Assembly: GCA_024346625.1 (NCBI GenBank)
Contig: AP024666.1
Coordinates: forward strand, 1,922,001-1,986,000
DNA: 64,000 nt
Source: Williopsis jadinii
Taxonomy: Eukaryota
Direction of reading: 5' to 3'
Positions 43,970 to 53,668 of the stretch are shown here, piece after piece. The notes below the pieces were generated by a model that had not been told where the DNA came from, made no database searches, and saw only the letters and a list, made by a program, of their open reading frames with translations. The first letter of the stretch is position 1. Each line of letters begins with the position of its first letter. Position numbers and translations under genes: made by a program.

Positions 43970-44569
43970 TGCTTGTTGCACGGAACGGAGTGTTGTTGAT
44001 AGTTGTGGACGGAGTTCAAGAACAGTGAAAGAGCAAGGGAATGTGAGACAACCACGGCGAGCAAAACAACCCTCTCAGCACACTAAACCAGATGGAGATT
44101 CCGAGAGTGAGCAGCGAGCCAGCACGGAGGTTTAGACGAGGAGAGAAGGAGGAGTATGGCAAAAGCAGGGAGAAGAGAGGAAAAACTTGCTGAGTATTAA
44201 TTATAAAATAACTTCTCTCTCCGTCGTGGTGTCGGTACGCTCTGCCTGGCGCCCTCTGCCTGGCTCTGCCTGCCGGCGTAAAAATTTTCTCCCCTTGCCA
44301 TTGTGGGCCCAGCGCTCTGCTTAAATTTAGCTCATTCCGTCTGCAGGGAAGGGCGCTTCCCACTGGCTCCGGAGAGCTTTGCGTCAGCCTGGCTCTGTCT
44401 CGCTGTGCCAGCCTGGCTCCGTCTCGCTTACACGCCAGGCCTCGCCGTTGGAGACGTACACAGCACTGTGCTACCGCTTCCAATTGGCCCATCTACCGGG
44501 GCCTTAGCAGGGCTCCACCGCGGTGGTGCTGGTGCTCCGTACCGTTCAAGTGCTGGGTGGCAGTCCCCA

Positions 44570-44619
44570 CTGCGCTGGGCTGCGCTGGGCTGCGCTAGGC
44601 TGGGCTGGGCTGCGCTGGA
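44570..44619. repeat. Pentanucleotide microsatellite (CTGSG)x10
   Basis: CTGCG/CTGGG units directly visible. Confidence 0.85.
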
Positions 44620-44743
44620 CTACTTTTTTTCTGCTCACGACTCTGCCTACGGAACCTGTACCAATGTGGATGAAAAACTGGGGTTTTGATCTAGACAACC
44701 ACACCACACGAGGTGTCATGACAGAGAACAATTGACCCTTGCA

Positions 44744-45088
44744 TTATCTGCCCCTCCTTTCCCCTTAGCCCTTGCAATTGTTGCTGCTGCTGCTGTTATC
44801 TTGTTGTTCTATCTTGAAATTGGTGTGTGTGTGTGAGTGTGTTTTCTCCAGTCGGGTTTAACTGGATTTGATTCCACGCCTAGGCTGGGGTTGACGGTGC
44901 GGGATGGGCTCCAGCGGTGGGACCTGGCTAAAGCCGGTGGGACCTAGGCGGGAGCGCGTGGCGAGCCAGCTGGGCGCGCGATTAACGGTGAAGACAGACC
45001 AGCTATCTCCGACTGAACATCTTCCGATCTTGTGTGGAAATCAAGGGAGAGGCGAGCTGTGATTGGCTGAAGATTAACGTGCCTTATC
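44744..45088 (-). promoter_or_regulatory. GATAA (Gln3/Gat1, nitrogen catabolite repression) elements upstream of MEP
   Basis: TTATC at 44744 and 44796, CTTATC at 45083, all reading GATAA(G) on the MEP strand. Confidence 0.4.
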
Positions 45089-45147
45089 TACTGCTTGTTT
45101 CTTTTTCTGCTTCCGTTCCGCGCTGCACGCGGCAACGGCGCCTTTGG

Positions 45148-45191
45148 TTACGTAAGGGCTTATGTAAGTGATTACGTAAGGGATCACGTAA
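45148..45191. promoter_or_regulatory. Four bZIP-type TTAYGTAA sites at 12-bp period
   Basis: TTACGTAA 45148, TTATGTAA 45160, TTACGTAA 45172, TCACGTAA 45184. Confidence 0.6.
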
Positions 45192-45300
45192 TAACACCCG
45201 CACACCAGTGGCATGCCCAGGACTCCCGCACCGGTCCGAGAAGCTCATCGTCTCATCTCGTTGTAGCTCGTTGTAGCACATTTCATCACGCTCAGTTCCG

Positions 45301-45350
45301 TTCCACTTCGTTCCACTTCGTTCCACTTCGTTCCACTCCGTCCCACTCCA
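45301..45350 (+). repeat. Decamer repeat (TTCCACTTCG)x5 abutting the LOA1 ATG
   Basis: Three exact and two degenerate units end at 45350; ATG at 45351. Confidence 0.9.
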
Positions 45351-46175
45351 ATGGAGAAGTACACCCAGTTCAGAGATAAAGCCACCGGGATCTCCCCCTT
45401 CATCCCAGTGGCCGCAGCCAGCTCATCGTGGTCTCTGGTCGGAGTACTGGTACTGCTGCTAAGACTACCTCTGCTGCTCCTCGTGCTACCACTCTACCCA
45501 TTATCAGCCACAACGTGGTGCAAGCTGACCTCGTGGATCCTTGGTCTGTGCAAAGTAGATACCTCGATCCACGGGATGAAGAGATCAACAGACATCTCGA
45601 ACTTCTACCCTAAACAAGGTGAATTGTACATCACAAACTTCACCTCTCCATGGGACATATTCATCATCTTTGGCTCTCTAATTGCAAAATCCACTCCAGT
45701 TCTATTGATCCCGAGAGATAACAGCTTTTATCAGCTGCAATCACCTTTGCAATTCATCAAATTCGCTCTCGGCTACGACTTGGACTTGCCGATTTATACC
45801 TGCTCCACTAAGGACACCTGCTTCTTATTCGCAGAAGGTACCACTTCCAATGGTAAATCGTTGTTGAAGTTTGCTCCAGAGATTCAATTGGACAAGTTTA
45901 AACAATTCAAGTTCAAAACTCTACAGATTAAGCTACAGCCTGTTTCATTCTGTACTCCTCTACCAATGTCATTATCACAGTGGTGTTTCCGAATGTTGAC
46001 AAATGTCAAGCTGATGAATGCCAAATGTAAGATTGGCTTCATAGATACGTACGATGATAAAGTGTTGGACCGTGCAAGAGAGTTGTTCATTACAAATGGT
46101 AAACTGAAATCAGTGGATTTGGGAATCCATGAAAAGAAGCAGTTCCTGGCCATCTATGCAAAGAACCATAGCTAA
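45351..46175 (+). CDS. LOA1: Lysophosphatidic acid acyltransferase Loa1/Vps66
   Basis: MEKYTQFRDKATGISPF, NFTSPWD, FAEGTTSNGKSLLKF. Confidence 0.9.
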   Translation: MEKYTQFRDKATGISPFIPVAAASSSWSLVGVLVLLLRLPLLLLVLPLYPLSATTWCKLTSWILGLCKVDTSIHGMKRSTDISNFYPKQGELYITNFTSPWDIFIIFGSLIAKSTPVLLIPRDNSFYQLQSPLQFIKFALGYDLDLPIYTCSTKDTCFLFAEGTTSNGKSLLKFAPEIQLDKFKQFKFKTLQIKLQPVSFCTPLPMSLSQWCFRMLTNVKLMNAKCKIGFIDTYDDKVLDRARELFITNGKLKSVDLGIHEKKQFLAIYAKNHS

Positions 46176-47260
46176 TAGTAACCTGAAGTTGAAATTGATG
46201 CTGAATCTTTGGTGAATGGATCCGGAATGTCCATAGGGATTGATCTCCCCAGGGGTAATTGATTCATTAGAGTCTCCCTCTTCACGATTGTGTCGAACGT
46301 GAATTGATCGTTCAGTTTGGAATATTTAACCTCTAACACCTGACACATCTCGAAAAGCAGTTGTAGATACGGTTGTAACGTCCTTGGTAATCCATGTAGA
46401 AGGTCCTGGTCCAGTTTAACGTTCTTTTTAACCTTCCTCTTCAGAGTATGGAGTTTGGACTTGATCTTGTTCCTCTGGTCATCTCCTGGCTCACCACTGG
46501 ATTGTATGGCCAGCAAACCAAGTGATAACCATCCCAAGCTTTCACCCATCTTGGATTGGTTATAGCTGTCACAACTCAACAATGTATACGTTAAGCCTTG
46601 GACAAACCTCTTGATGGGGAGCAAATAGTCATTCCAAGACTTATGGACAAGGCTGTAAGGCCTATTGAGCTCGTCCTTGATCCATATACACACACGTGAG
46701 AGAGTAGCAACGTTGAACCTCGAGTCCAGCTCATAATCGTTCGACTGTAACTCTTTCAACTTGGTGCAAATGACACCCAGTTGTAAGCCACTCATCGTGA
46801 CGCCGAAATAGAACCGTTTCATTGAGTCAGAGCACTCTTCCACGGAGCCCGTGTAGCTATGCTTCATGGCATATTGAAGGTACGACAGGCTCTTCTTGTA
46901 AAGCTTCACACTGTGCTGCCACTCAACAACCTCAACGGCCCTCGCATTGTACGCCAACGACAGCTGCACCAAAACCATGTGCAATTCATCTCTCATCAAC
47001 CATTCGCCCTTATGGTTACACTTGTCCCATGGACATACACTACTCAGCACATATGAGCAGTCCCATATGGTGGAACCACAGTCCAGGTCCTGTTGCATCG
47101 CCATCAGAAGATCGAGGTAATCCGTCAGAGATGAGATGTAAACCGTCATGTTTGTAGTTGGGGAAGGTCTCAACGTTATGGCCCTCTGTGCCAATGGGTG
47201 GGCATTTGGCACCGGCTCAATTGGGAGAAACGGTAAGGGTGTGTTTGGCAAAGTGAGCAT
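46172..47260 (-). CDS. PalC/Rim23 (YGR122W-like) Bro1-domain pH-signalling protein
   Basis: First ATG at 47260. Helical Bro1-like segments (ELHMVL..LSLAY, KMGESLGWL, KLNDQFTFD) and C-terminal LPLGRSIP...YY. Near MEP, as YGR121C/YGR122W are in S. cerevisiae. Confidence 0.65.
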   Translation of the reverse strand: MLTLPNTPLPFLPIEPVPNAHPLAQRAITLRPSPTTNMTVYISSLTDYLDLLMAMQQDLDCGSTIWDCSYVLSSVCPWDKCNHKGEWLMRDELHMVLVQLSLAYNARAVEVVEWQHSVKLYKKSLSYLQYAMKHSYTGSVEECSDSMKRFYFGVTMSGLQLGVICTKLKELQSNDYELDSRFNVATLSRVCIWIKDELNRPYSLVHKSWNDYLLPIKRFVQGLTYTLLSCDSYNQSKMGESLGWLSLGLLAIQSSGEPGDDQRNKIKSKLHTLKRKVKKNVKLDQDLLHGLPRTLQPYLQLLFEMCQVLEVKYSKLNDQFTFDTIVKRETLMNQLPLGRSIPMDIPDPFTKDSASISTSGYY

Positions 47261-47360
47261 CTCCGTGGTGAACGTCCAATCGACCCTTTGAGCATAAAGA
47301 GAGAGCGAGAGGTGTTCACAAGGTGTCCAAGAGATGCTTTGTATTATACGCGAGTACCAT

Positions 47361-47432
47361 ACACCCGGACATTTCAACACCCGGACATCTAAATACCTTA
47401 ACACCCAAACACCCAAACACCCGGACACCCAA
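47361..47432 (+). repeat. Nine phased degenerate 8-bp units (ACACCCRR; Rap1/telomere-like)
   Basis: ACACCCGG ACATTTCA ACACCCGG ACATCTAA ATACCTTA ACACCCAA ACACCCAA ACACCCGG ACACCCAA. Confidence 0.85.
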
Positions 47433-47588
47433 CATCCATCCTCAAAGGCCCATCCAGCCAGCCTATTTTACTCCTGTCAACACTTCCACCACCGTTGTTC
47501 TTCCCACAAGACTTCCACCAGGGCTTCCAACAGGGCTCACACACACGATCCGGCGTTCTCATCCCACAGACACTGAGCTCTCATACAA

Positions 47589-47774
47589 ATGGACACCGTA
47601 GAAACAGATCCAGCGAGCCTACAGCACGCTCTGATCCTCAGGGATAAGCTGGACTCTCTCATGAGAAGAACCGTTGCAACACAGACAAAATGCGAACAGC
47701 TGGAGCACGAGAACAGATATCTACAGGAATACGTCGGTAACGTGGTCAACAACGAGCTTATACAGAAGAAATAG
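47589..47774 (+). CDS. SLO1: Short coiled-coil protein (SCOCO/Slo1, DUF2205)
   Basis: 61 aa with CEQLEHENRYLQEYVGNVV signature; good ATG context. Confidence 0.75.
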   Translation: MDTVETDPASLQHALILRDKLDSLMRRTVATQTKCEQLEHENRYLQEYVGNVVNNELIQKK

Positions 47775-47992
47775 ACCGGCTGTCTCCATAGAAACAGGCT
47801 TGATTGGCTGGAGAAGGTGTGTATACATTTACAGGGGTTTTGTGCACTGGTTTGTTTACCTCCACTTGTAAATGTTATGATACGATGATGCTTTGTGTAG
47901 TATTTGACGAGGTGTATACAGTGTGTCGTAGCAGCCTGTGTATTATTCAGGAGAGTATGCGTAGTGGAGGACAGCTCATGGTGGTTGATCAA

Positions 47993-48793
47993 ATGGCGGA
48001 GAACATTGACGAGCAGTTGAGCTCTGAGGGGCCATTCACGGGCACAGGGTTGAAGTTACGCTCAAGGGAGTTTGGCAACATACCGTGCTTGACGTCCTGG
48101 GATCCTAATAGAGGGCCAAAGGCTAAAGCCAGTGCACCATTCAATGATCCGGGCCAGTTGGTGATTAAGACGTCACAGGCATTGCTTTCTTCAGCCAATG
48201 ACAACGTTTATACCAATGGCGAGGAGGAAGAATACGGGTTAATGCTGCTTGTGGACCCTCCCTTGGATTGTGTAACCTTACAAGGTTCGCTGACGATAGA
48301 TGGCACACCACCAGTTTCTCTCTTGAATCCATTTCAACGGTTTGTGGAGGTTGAGCCTCCAATGTACGGGTCCAGATTGGCACCAGATGATGCTCCCTTA
48401 GATCTCTCAAAGCTTCTGCAAGAAGCAACGATGAACGTTGAGCTGTTTCCATTCTTTAACATGGATGGTGAATCTAGTCCAGAGGAACAGAAATTGATGG
48501 AGATATGGAGGTATGAACTTGGAGAAGAGGAAGAAGAAGTGCCAGATCTCGAACAACAACACCAAGACGATGATTCAATATTTGTGAAAGCCTGGCAAAA
48601 GTTATTCCACAGGGGCGTTTATTCACCAGAGAATCAACATATGCAAAATGACCCATGGTATCGTATAACACAGCAGATCAGTTCGAGGGAGAACTCAGAC
48701 TTGCACACACCATTGACACCACCAGCTGGCTACCAACGTTTCCAAGTTGAAGATGAAGAAAACCATGTCATTTCATACTTCCCAACGTACTAA
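47993..48793 (+). CDS. Probable Isc10-like meiosis protein; start uncertain (in-frame ATGs at 47885, 47957, 47978, 47993)
   Basis: Long acidic ORF directly downstream of SLO1 on the same strand, as ISC10 is in S. cerevisiae; PF.R...Y..R..PDD segment; TTTTGTG MSE core near 47837. Confidence 0.5.
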   Translation: MAENIDEQLSSEGPFTGTGLKLRSREFGNIPCLTSWDPNRGPKAKASAPFNDPGQLVIKTSQALLSSANDNVYTNGEEEEYGLMLLVDPPLDCVTLQGSLTIDGTPPVSLLNPFQRFVEVEPPMYGSRLAPDDAPLDLSKLLQEATMNVELFPFFNMDGESSPEEQKLMEIWRYELGEEEEEVPDLEQQHQDDDSIFVKAWQKLFHRGVYSPENQHMQNDPWYRITQQISSRENSDLHTPLTPPAGYQRFQVEDEENHVISYFPTY

Positions 48794-48917
48794 ATCTAGT
48801 ACAAGCAGCATTAATAATAGCTAGGTTATAAGTCTCATTTCGATTGTTATTAGTTACATCTCCTCAGTAGTAAATAAAAATAGTAATATTGGTCGTAATT
48901 CATCTGCTCATGACAGT

Positions 48918-50048
48918 TTAACCAGCTCGCTGCACAGCAGAACCAGCCAATTCATCTCTGCACAGAGGACAGGTTTCACTCTTTATAAGCCACCATTTAA
49001 CACATTCATGGTGGAATAAGTGTCCGCACGGTAACTGTGTAATGTCATCATCTTTCGCCAATTCTTCAAGGCAAAAGCACCTTATTTCCTTCAAGTCATC
49101 ATCACTTTCGAAGCGAGGTAGTTTATCAAATCTCCTAAATTTGTACTCTTGTCTCTTGAACTTGATCAACCTTCTCAAGTTTTTCAACATCAGTCTAAAG
49201 CACTTGTAAGCGGAGGGCATCACATGTACAGGGTAAGTTGTCAAGTTGTTGTTGAACATCACGGTGTATAGACAGAATAGTGACAGTCTAAGCACTGTCA
49301 TCAGTAGCTCCATAAGTAACACGGTATAGGAATGAAGCTGAGGGTATGGCCTTGACCTTGAAGAGCTTTTCAACTTGTATTGGAACAGAGTGTGCATTAT
49401 TAGTGGCAACAAGTTCAAAGTCTCATATCCAAAGATCATGAATAACGATGTTTGTTTGAAATTCGTGGCTTGCCAAAATATCAGAAGATCAGTACCGATG
49501 AGGGTGATGATTCCGTACAGCAGAGGTCGGTTACTGCTACCTTCTCGTAACTTTTCCACCCTAATATCACAGAGATGATGGAAAGATTTCAAAACGAGCA
49601 GGCTCGCAAAGAGTAAAGCGTAATGGCACACATCACAGATCCCTATCGACTCGGCCTGCGAGTTTCGAAAGATCAGCAGCCCACACACAAACTCGAAAAG
49701 GGTATAGTTGAACTTCTCTCTTATCGTGGTCAGCTCAAGTGGCGTCAGTACAACATCACCAAACACGATCCATTTCACCACCCTTGCGAGCAGTACAAAG
49801 ATAATCAGTAGGAAATGCCATATAGTGAGCTTGTCACAAACGTCATTCAGAGGTTGGAACGACAGGGATCGTATGTCTGTGGTATCACAAGGATACAGGT
49901 GCAGCTCTTGTAGCAGTTTGCGGAAGATCGAAACACCGACAATGGCGTATAACTACAGCCAGTACTGTTAGTATTGCGACGGTAACTGAGGCATCAAAGC
50001 GTCAAAAACACGGGCAAAACTCACACATTTGTAAGCCTTACGTTTCAT
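48918..50048 (-). CDS. Membrane RING-H2 E3 ligase, short Hrd1-like paralog; exons 50048-50025 and 49952-48918 (352 aa)
   Basis: Exon 1 MKRKAYKC joins in frame to LYAIVGVSIF. Hrd1-like TM motifs (IVFG....LE....REK, LLVLKSFHHLCDIRVE, MIFGYE) and RING LPCGHLFHHECVKWWL...TCPLCR. Confidence 0.8.
49953..50024 (-). other. Spliceosomal intron (72 nt)
   Basis: 5' GTGAGT, branch TACTAAC at 49973-49967, 3' TAG; the unspliced frame hits TAA in the branch site. Confidence 0.85.
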
Positions 50049-50237
50049 AACGGATTCGGTAGGCTTATGACTTCTTATCTTAGGGCAGTTACTCCTGAGT
50101 TTGTATTGTTCTGTTCCATCAAAAGTGCTTTAGATGTGGTTGTCATATTAGAAAGTAGCAAAATTCGCTACTAAACGATGTGCTCTGTAACGATTTCGTG
50201 TTTTTTCGCCATTTTTCGCCGTTTGCCGCTATTGTCT

Positions 50238-50246
50238 TTTTGTGAC
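50238..50246 (-). promoter_or_regulatory. Consensus middle sporulation element GTCACAAAA upstream of the Hrd1-like gene
   Basis: Matches gNCRCAAAW, about 190 bp upstream of ATG 50048. Confidence 0.5.
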
Positions 50247-50460
50247 AAAACTTTCCCGAGTTGTGCCGAGATCCAACACGCGGGAACCTCCGACCAGCCA
50301 GTTTTTCCGCGCGTCACGTGACATATACGTACTTCTACACCGAGCTCTTCTTCTAATCATCATTGAATTGAATATACACAAAGCTTTGATATATATATAT
50401 AAATGTGTGGACGGGTACAATTGCCCGATACGTAGACGTTGATGCTCTGTAGGGCCCTTT

Positions 50461-51807
50461 TCAGAACTTTCTACCAAGCCATTTGAGGAACTTCACACCG
50501 ATGAATACACCGGTTCCAACGATAAGGCCTTCGATTCCCAGAAGGATCTTGTTCTGGAACTCCACCCTGGCAACAGCCTCGGAGTATGGGATGTCGCTTC
50601 TGAATGACACCATTGTATACAATGGGATCCACTTCTCCCTGAGGTAATAAGTGAGGATGAAGTCGACTCTCTTACGTAATACGAATAGCTTCGAGGTGAC
50701 TTTATGTCTCATCTCCTTGTAGTTCTCCTTTGCCAGATCTACAATTGCAACAAGATCCTTGTGTCTGGTTTCGGTGTATTCGTTGAATGCCTTTTCAACG
50801 TCATCTTCATGCTTGTCCAGAAGGGCCATCAACACGTCCACGTCTTCGAATCCACAGTTCATACCCTGTCCATAGAATGGAACCATTCCGTGCGATGCAT
50901 CACCTATTATGAGACATTTGCCGGTATGGTTGTACTTGTTGCAAGTCACAGATAGCAGCTTCCCTCTTGGGTGCATGTGGAATGCGTACAACAGTTCCTT
51001 TTCAGTGATTAGATCCACGGCATCTGGGAAGTTCTCGTTGAAGAACTCGAGGATCTTCTCATCAGAGTGTAAAGTATCCATGACATCCCATGGTGCGAAC
51101 AGGGTCGAGGTAAAAGAACCATCCAGGTTTGGTAGTGCAATAAGCATGAACTTGTGTCTTGGCCAAATGTGGAGATGATTTGCATCTATCTGGAAATCAC
51201 CATCCTCACCAGGTGGGATTCTCAACTCCAGATAGGTGGAATCGATATACTCCTGGGTGAAATCCATTCTGATATACTTCTGGAGTAAATGACGAACCGC
51301 GGAGAAGACACCATCAGCTCCAATCACAATATCGAAGGATTTGATGTCCAAATTGGCAAACGTCAATGTTGGTTGTCCCGAAAGATTCAAATTCTCCAGT
51401 TTACGACTGAATTCCACTTTGATCAACTCATGGTTATCCAGCTCGTTCAATAAGAGATCGTTCAGATAGCCTCTGTCGATACTGTTGATACATTGGTTAT
51501 CCAAATCGTACCTCTGAGACTCCAATTCACCTTCAACGTGATGGATCATACGACCTTTCATTGGAATGACATGTTGAAGAATACTGTCACACAGCTTGAA
51601 GTCAACGTTGCGCAGCGCATTCACTCCACGATCAGAAACAGCAAGGTTGATCGATCTCAAGTTCTTGTTCTTTGCAAGTCTCGGATCTCCACGCTGCTCA
51701 AACACGGTAACCTGATAACCTCTTTTGGCGAATGCCAGTGCTGCTAACGAACCAACTAACCCGGCACCAATTACGGCAACCGTCTTAACCTCCTTGATAT
51801 CATCCAT
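50461..51807 (-). CDS. BNA4: Kynurenine 3-monooxygenase
   Basis: GAGLVG FAD motif, RSINLAVSDRG, LHIWPR, GDASHGMVPFYGQGMNCGFED, C-terminal TM anchor. Confidence 0.95.
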   Translation of the reverse strand: MDDIKEVKTVAVIGAGLVGSLAALAFAKRGYQVTVFEQRGDPRLAKNKNLRSINLAVSDRGVNALRNVDFKLCDSILQHVIPMKGRMIHHVEGELESQRYDLDNQCINSIDRGYLNDLLLNELDNHELIKVEFSRKLENLNLSGQPTLTFANLDIKSFDIVIGADGVFSAVRHLLQKYIRMDFTQEYIDSTYLELRIPPGEDGDFQIDANHLHIWPRHKFMLIALPNLDGSFTSTLFAPWDVMDTLHSDEKILEFFNENFPDAVDLITEKELLYAFHMHPRGKLLSVTCNKYNHTGKCLIIGDASHGMVPFYGQGMNCGFEDVDVLMALLDKHEDDVEKAFNEYTETRHKDLVAIVDLAKENYKEMRHKVTSKLFVLRKRVDFILTYYLREKWIPLYTMVSFRSDIPYSEAVARVEFQNKILLGIEGLIVGTGVFIGVKFLKWLGRKF

Positions 51808-52173
51808 GATCGCGTGTTTTCTTTCCTTCTTTTCTTACAAACTGACTCAGCACTTTGTATACGCAGTGTAAAGAGTAGAGAGAAGTAAAGAAGGGGTTAA
51901 TTGGGCAAGATAAATTTCATAATCAGTCGATAAAAAAGTGGAAATTATGAGCCGGTTATACCCTAAAAAATGAGTTCATGTCCGAAAAGGGCAAGTTACG
52001 AGGGGAAGTCACGGGACCAGGAGGTCGGAAGTGTTTCGTATATATACATCCGTACCTCACCATACTTAACCTGGGATTGATGGCACCCCCGATATCTCTT
52101 CTACTTCTTTACTTATCCTTATTTCAGCGTCAGTTCAACGGCAACTTAACGTCAATTCGACATCTAATCTATC

Positions 52174-52803
52174 ATGGCAGAAGCTCGTATCCTCGCGCAT
52201 ATGAATAAAGACCACTATGTCTCCGTGGAGGACTATTTGGTGGTATACGGTAAGGTGACTTCAATTGAAAAGGTTTCAAACGTCAAGATGACCGAGATCT
52301 CTTTGGACCATATGACGATTACGTTCAACTATAAGGAGGTTGAATATTCCTTGGAGAAAGTTATACCATTTGAGCCTCCTTTAAAGGACTTGAAAGAGGC
52401 ACGTGAAAGATTGGTTGAGATGGCAAGATTCGCAGCAAAGGAACGCGGATTCTCGCCATTCCAGATTAAAGATTTCACTTACCCTGGACTTCGTAATAGA
52501 TTGCTGATATCGTTGATCTATCTACCTGCAATTACCCATTTCGCACCTGATCTAATCATCAATCCAACTGTTAGAGGCTTCATTGGAGACTCGTTTGGTG
52601 ACTGGTTGGTGAACAACTCTCTAAACATCACTTGGTTAACCCTGGGTATTCATGCCCTGGAATCATTGTTTATCATGAGACCAAAGTTGAACCACTTCAG
52701 AGTCCCAAGGGACTACCAATTGGAGTGGTACGTGTCTTCTATCATCGAGGGATTCCCTGCAATCCGCAGATTTAACAAGCTCGTTGAAGAGAAAACCCAC
52801 TAA
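52174..52803 (+). CDS. DUF2470-domain integral membrane protein
   Basis: RILAHMNKDH...IPFEPPL...ARERLVEM N-terminal domain, then hydrophobic segments with IHALES and W...IEGFPA. Confidence 0.75.
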   Translation: MAEARILAHMNKDHYVSVEDYLVVYGKVTSIEKVSNVKMTEISLDHMTITFNYKEVEYSLEKVIPFEPPLKDLKEARERLVEMARFAAKERGFSPFQIKDFTYPGLRNRLLISLIYLPAITHFAPDLIINPTVRGFIGDSFGDWLVNNSLNITWLTLGIHALESLFIMRPKLNHFRVPRDYQLEWYVSSIIEGFPAIRRFNKLVEEKTH

Positions 52804-52977
52804 AACAACGGTTCGGAGATTGCGGTCATAACATGGTCTTATCGGGAGATAGTAGTTTTAATATTACATAATATCTTACGTAATCGATGAGCTTACGTGC
52901 AAAAAAAATTTCCCGTTATGTCTTCATGATCATCTTCTTTTAATACACATTTCCAGTCTCTTACTTTCGTACAAAGC

Positions 52978-53595
52978 ATGGCACCAAGACAGTCCAAGAC
53001 AGCTAAACGTTCTGCCAAACAGAATGGACAGCGTGATATCCAATCAGAGGTTTTCAAAGACTCACACGCTCGTAACAGATTGGCTATAGAGTCAAACCAA
53101 ACTGAAAAGTCCAAGGTACGTAAACCAAGCAAGAGTAAAGTCAAGAAGGAGCAGGCTTTGATACGGTTGTACGGTAAGAAGAAACAAAGAGAGTACCAGG
53201 AGAGTGAATTGGATCTGCCGGTGCTCAATAGGGCAATTATCCCCGGTGCCAAACGTCCCAGAGGTAAGAAAGGTAAGAAGTTTGTCAATGAAGACCCAGA
53301 GGACCAGACTCAGATCAACAGAATCATTTCTGAAATTGTCATCAAAGATGAGAAACGTGACATGTCAAAGCTTGAAAAGGCAACCAAGTTGGAGGAGCTG
53401 AGAGAATTGAAACGTAAAGAGATGGAACAGAAGGAGGAAGAGAAGCAGAACAAGTTGGAGGACAAGAAGTTGGAAATCAAAAGTAAAGCTGCAAAGGCAA
53501 GAAACGACAGAAGAAAAAGGGCCAAGCTGCTGAAACAATCAGTGGAAACTGTTGAAGAAGAGAAACCAAAGAAGAAGAAGGTGGCATTTGCATAG
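52978..53595 (+). CDS. LOC1: 60S biogenesis / ASH1 mRNA localisation factor Loc1
   Basis: SEVFKDSHARN, RLYGKKK.REY.E.ELDLP.LNRAI.PG; PAC (CGATGAG) and RRPE-like AAAAATTT upstream. Confidence 0.93.
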   Translation: MAPRQSKTAKRSAKQNGQRDIQSEVFKDSHARNRLAIESNQTEKSKVRKPSKSKVKKEQALIRLYGKKKQREYQESELDLPVLNRAIIPGAKRPRGKKGKKFVNEDPEDQTQINRIISEIVIKDEKRDMSKLEKATKLEELRELKRKEMEQKEEEKQNKLEDKKLEIKSKAAKARNDRRKRAKLLKQSVETVEEEKPKKKKVAFA

Positions 53596-53668
53596 GTTTT
53601 TATACAATTTGTTCTTGATCTATGTTTTAATATTAGACAACATTCCCAAATGTAGAATTTGAAAATTG

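Noticed and set aside
44016..44735. GC-rich ORFs of 61-158 aa upstream of MEP
   Set aside because: Explained by GC-rich promoter DNA and the pentamer microsatellite; overlapping on both strands with no domain.
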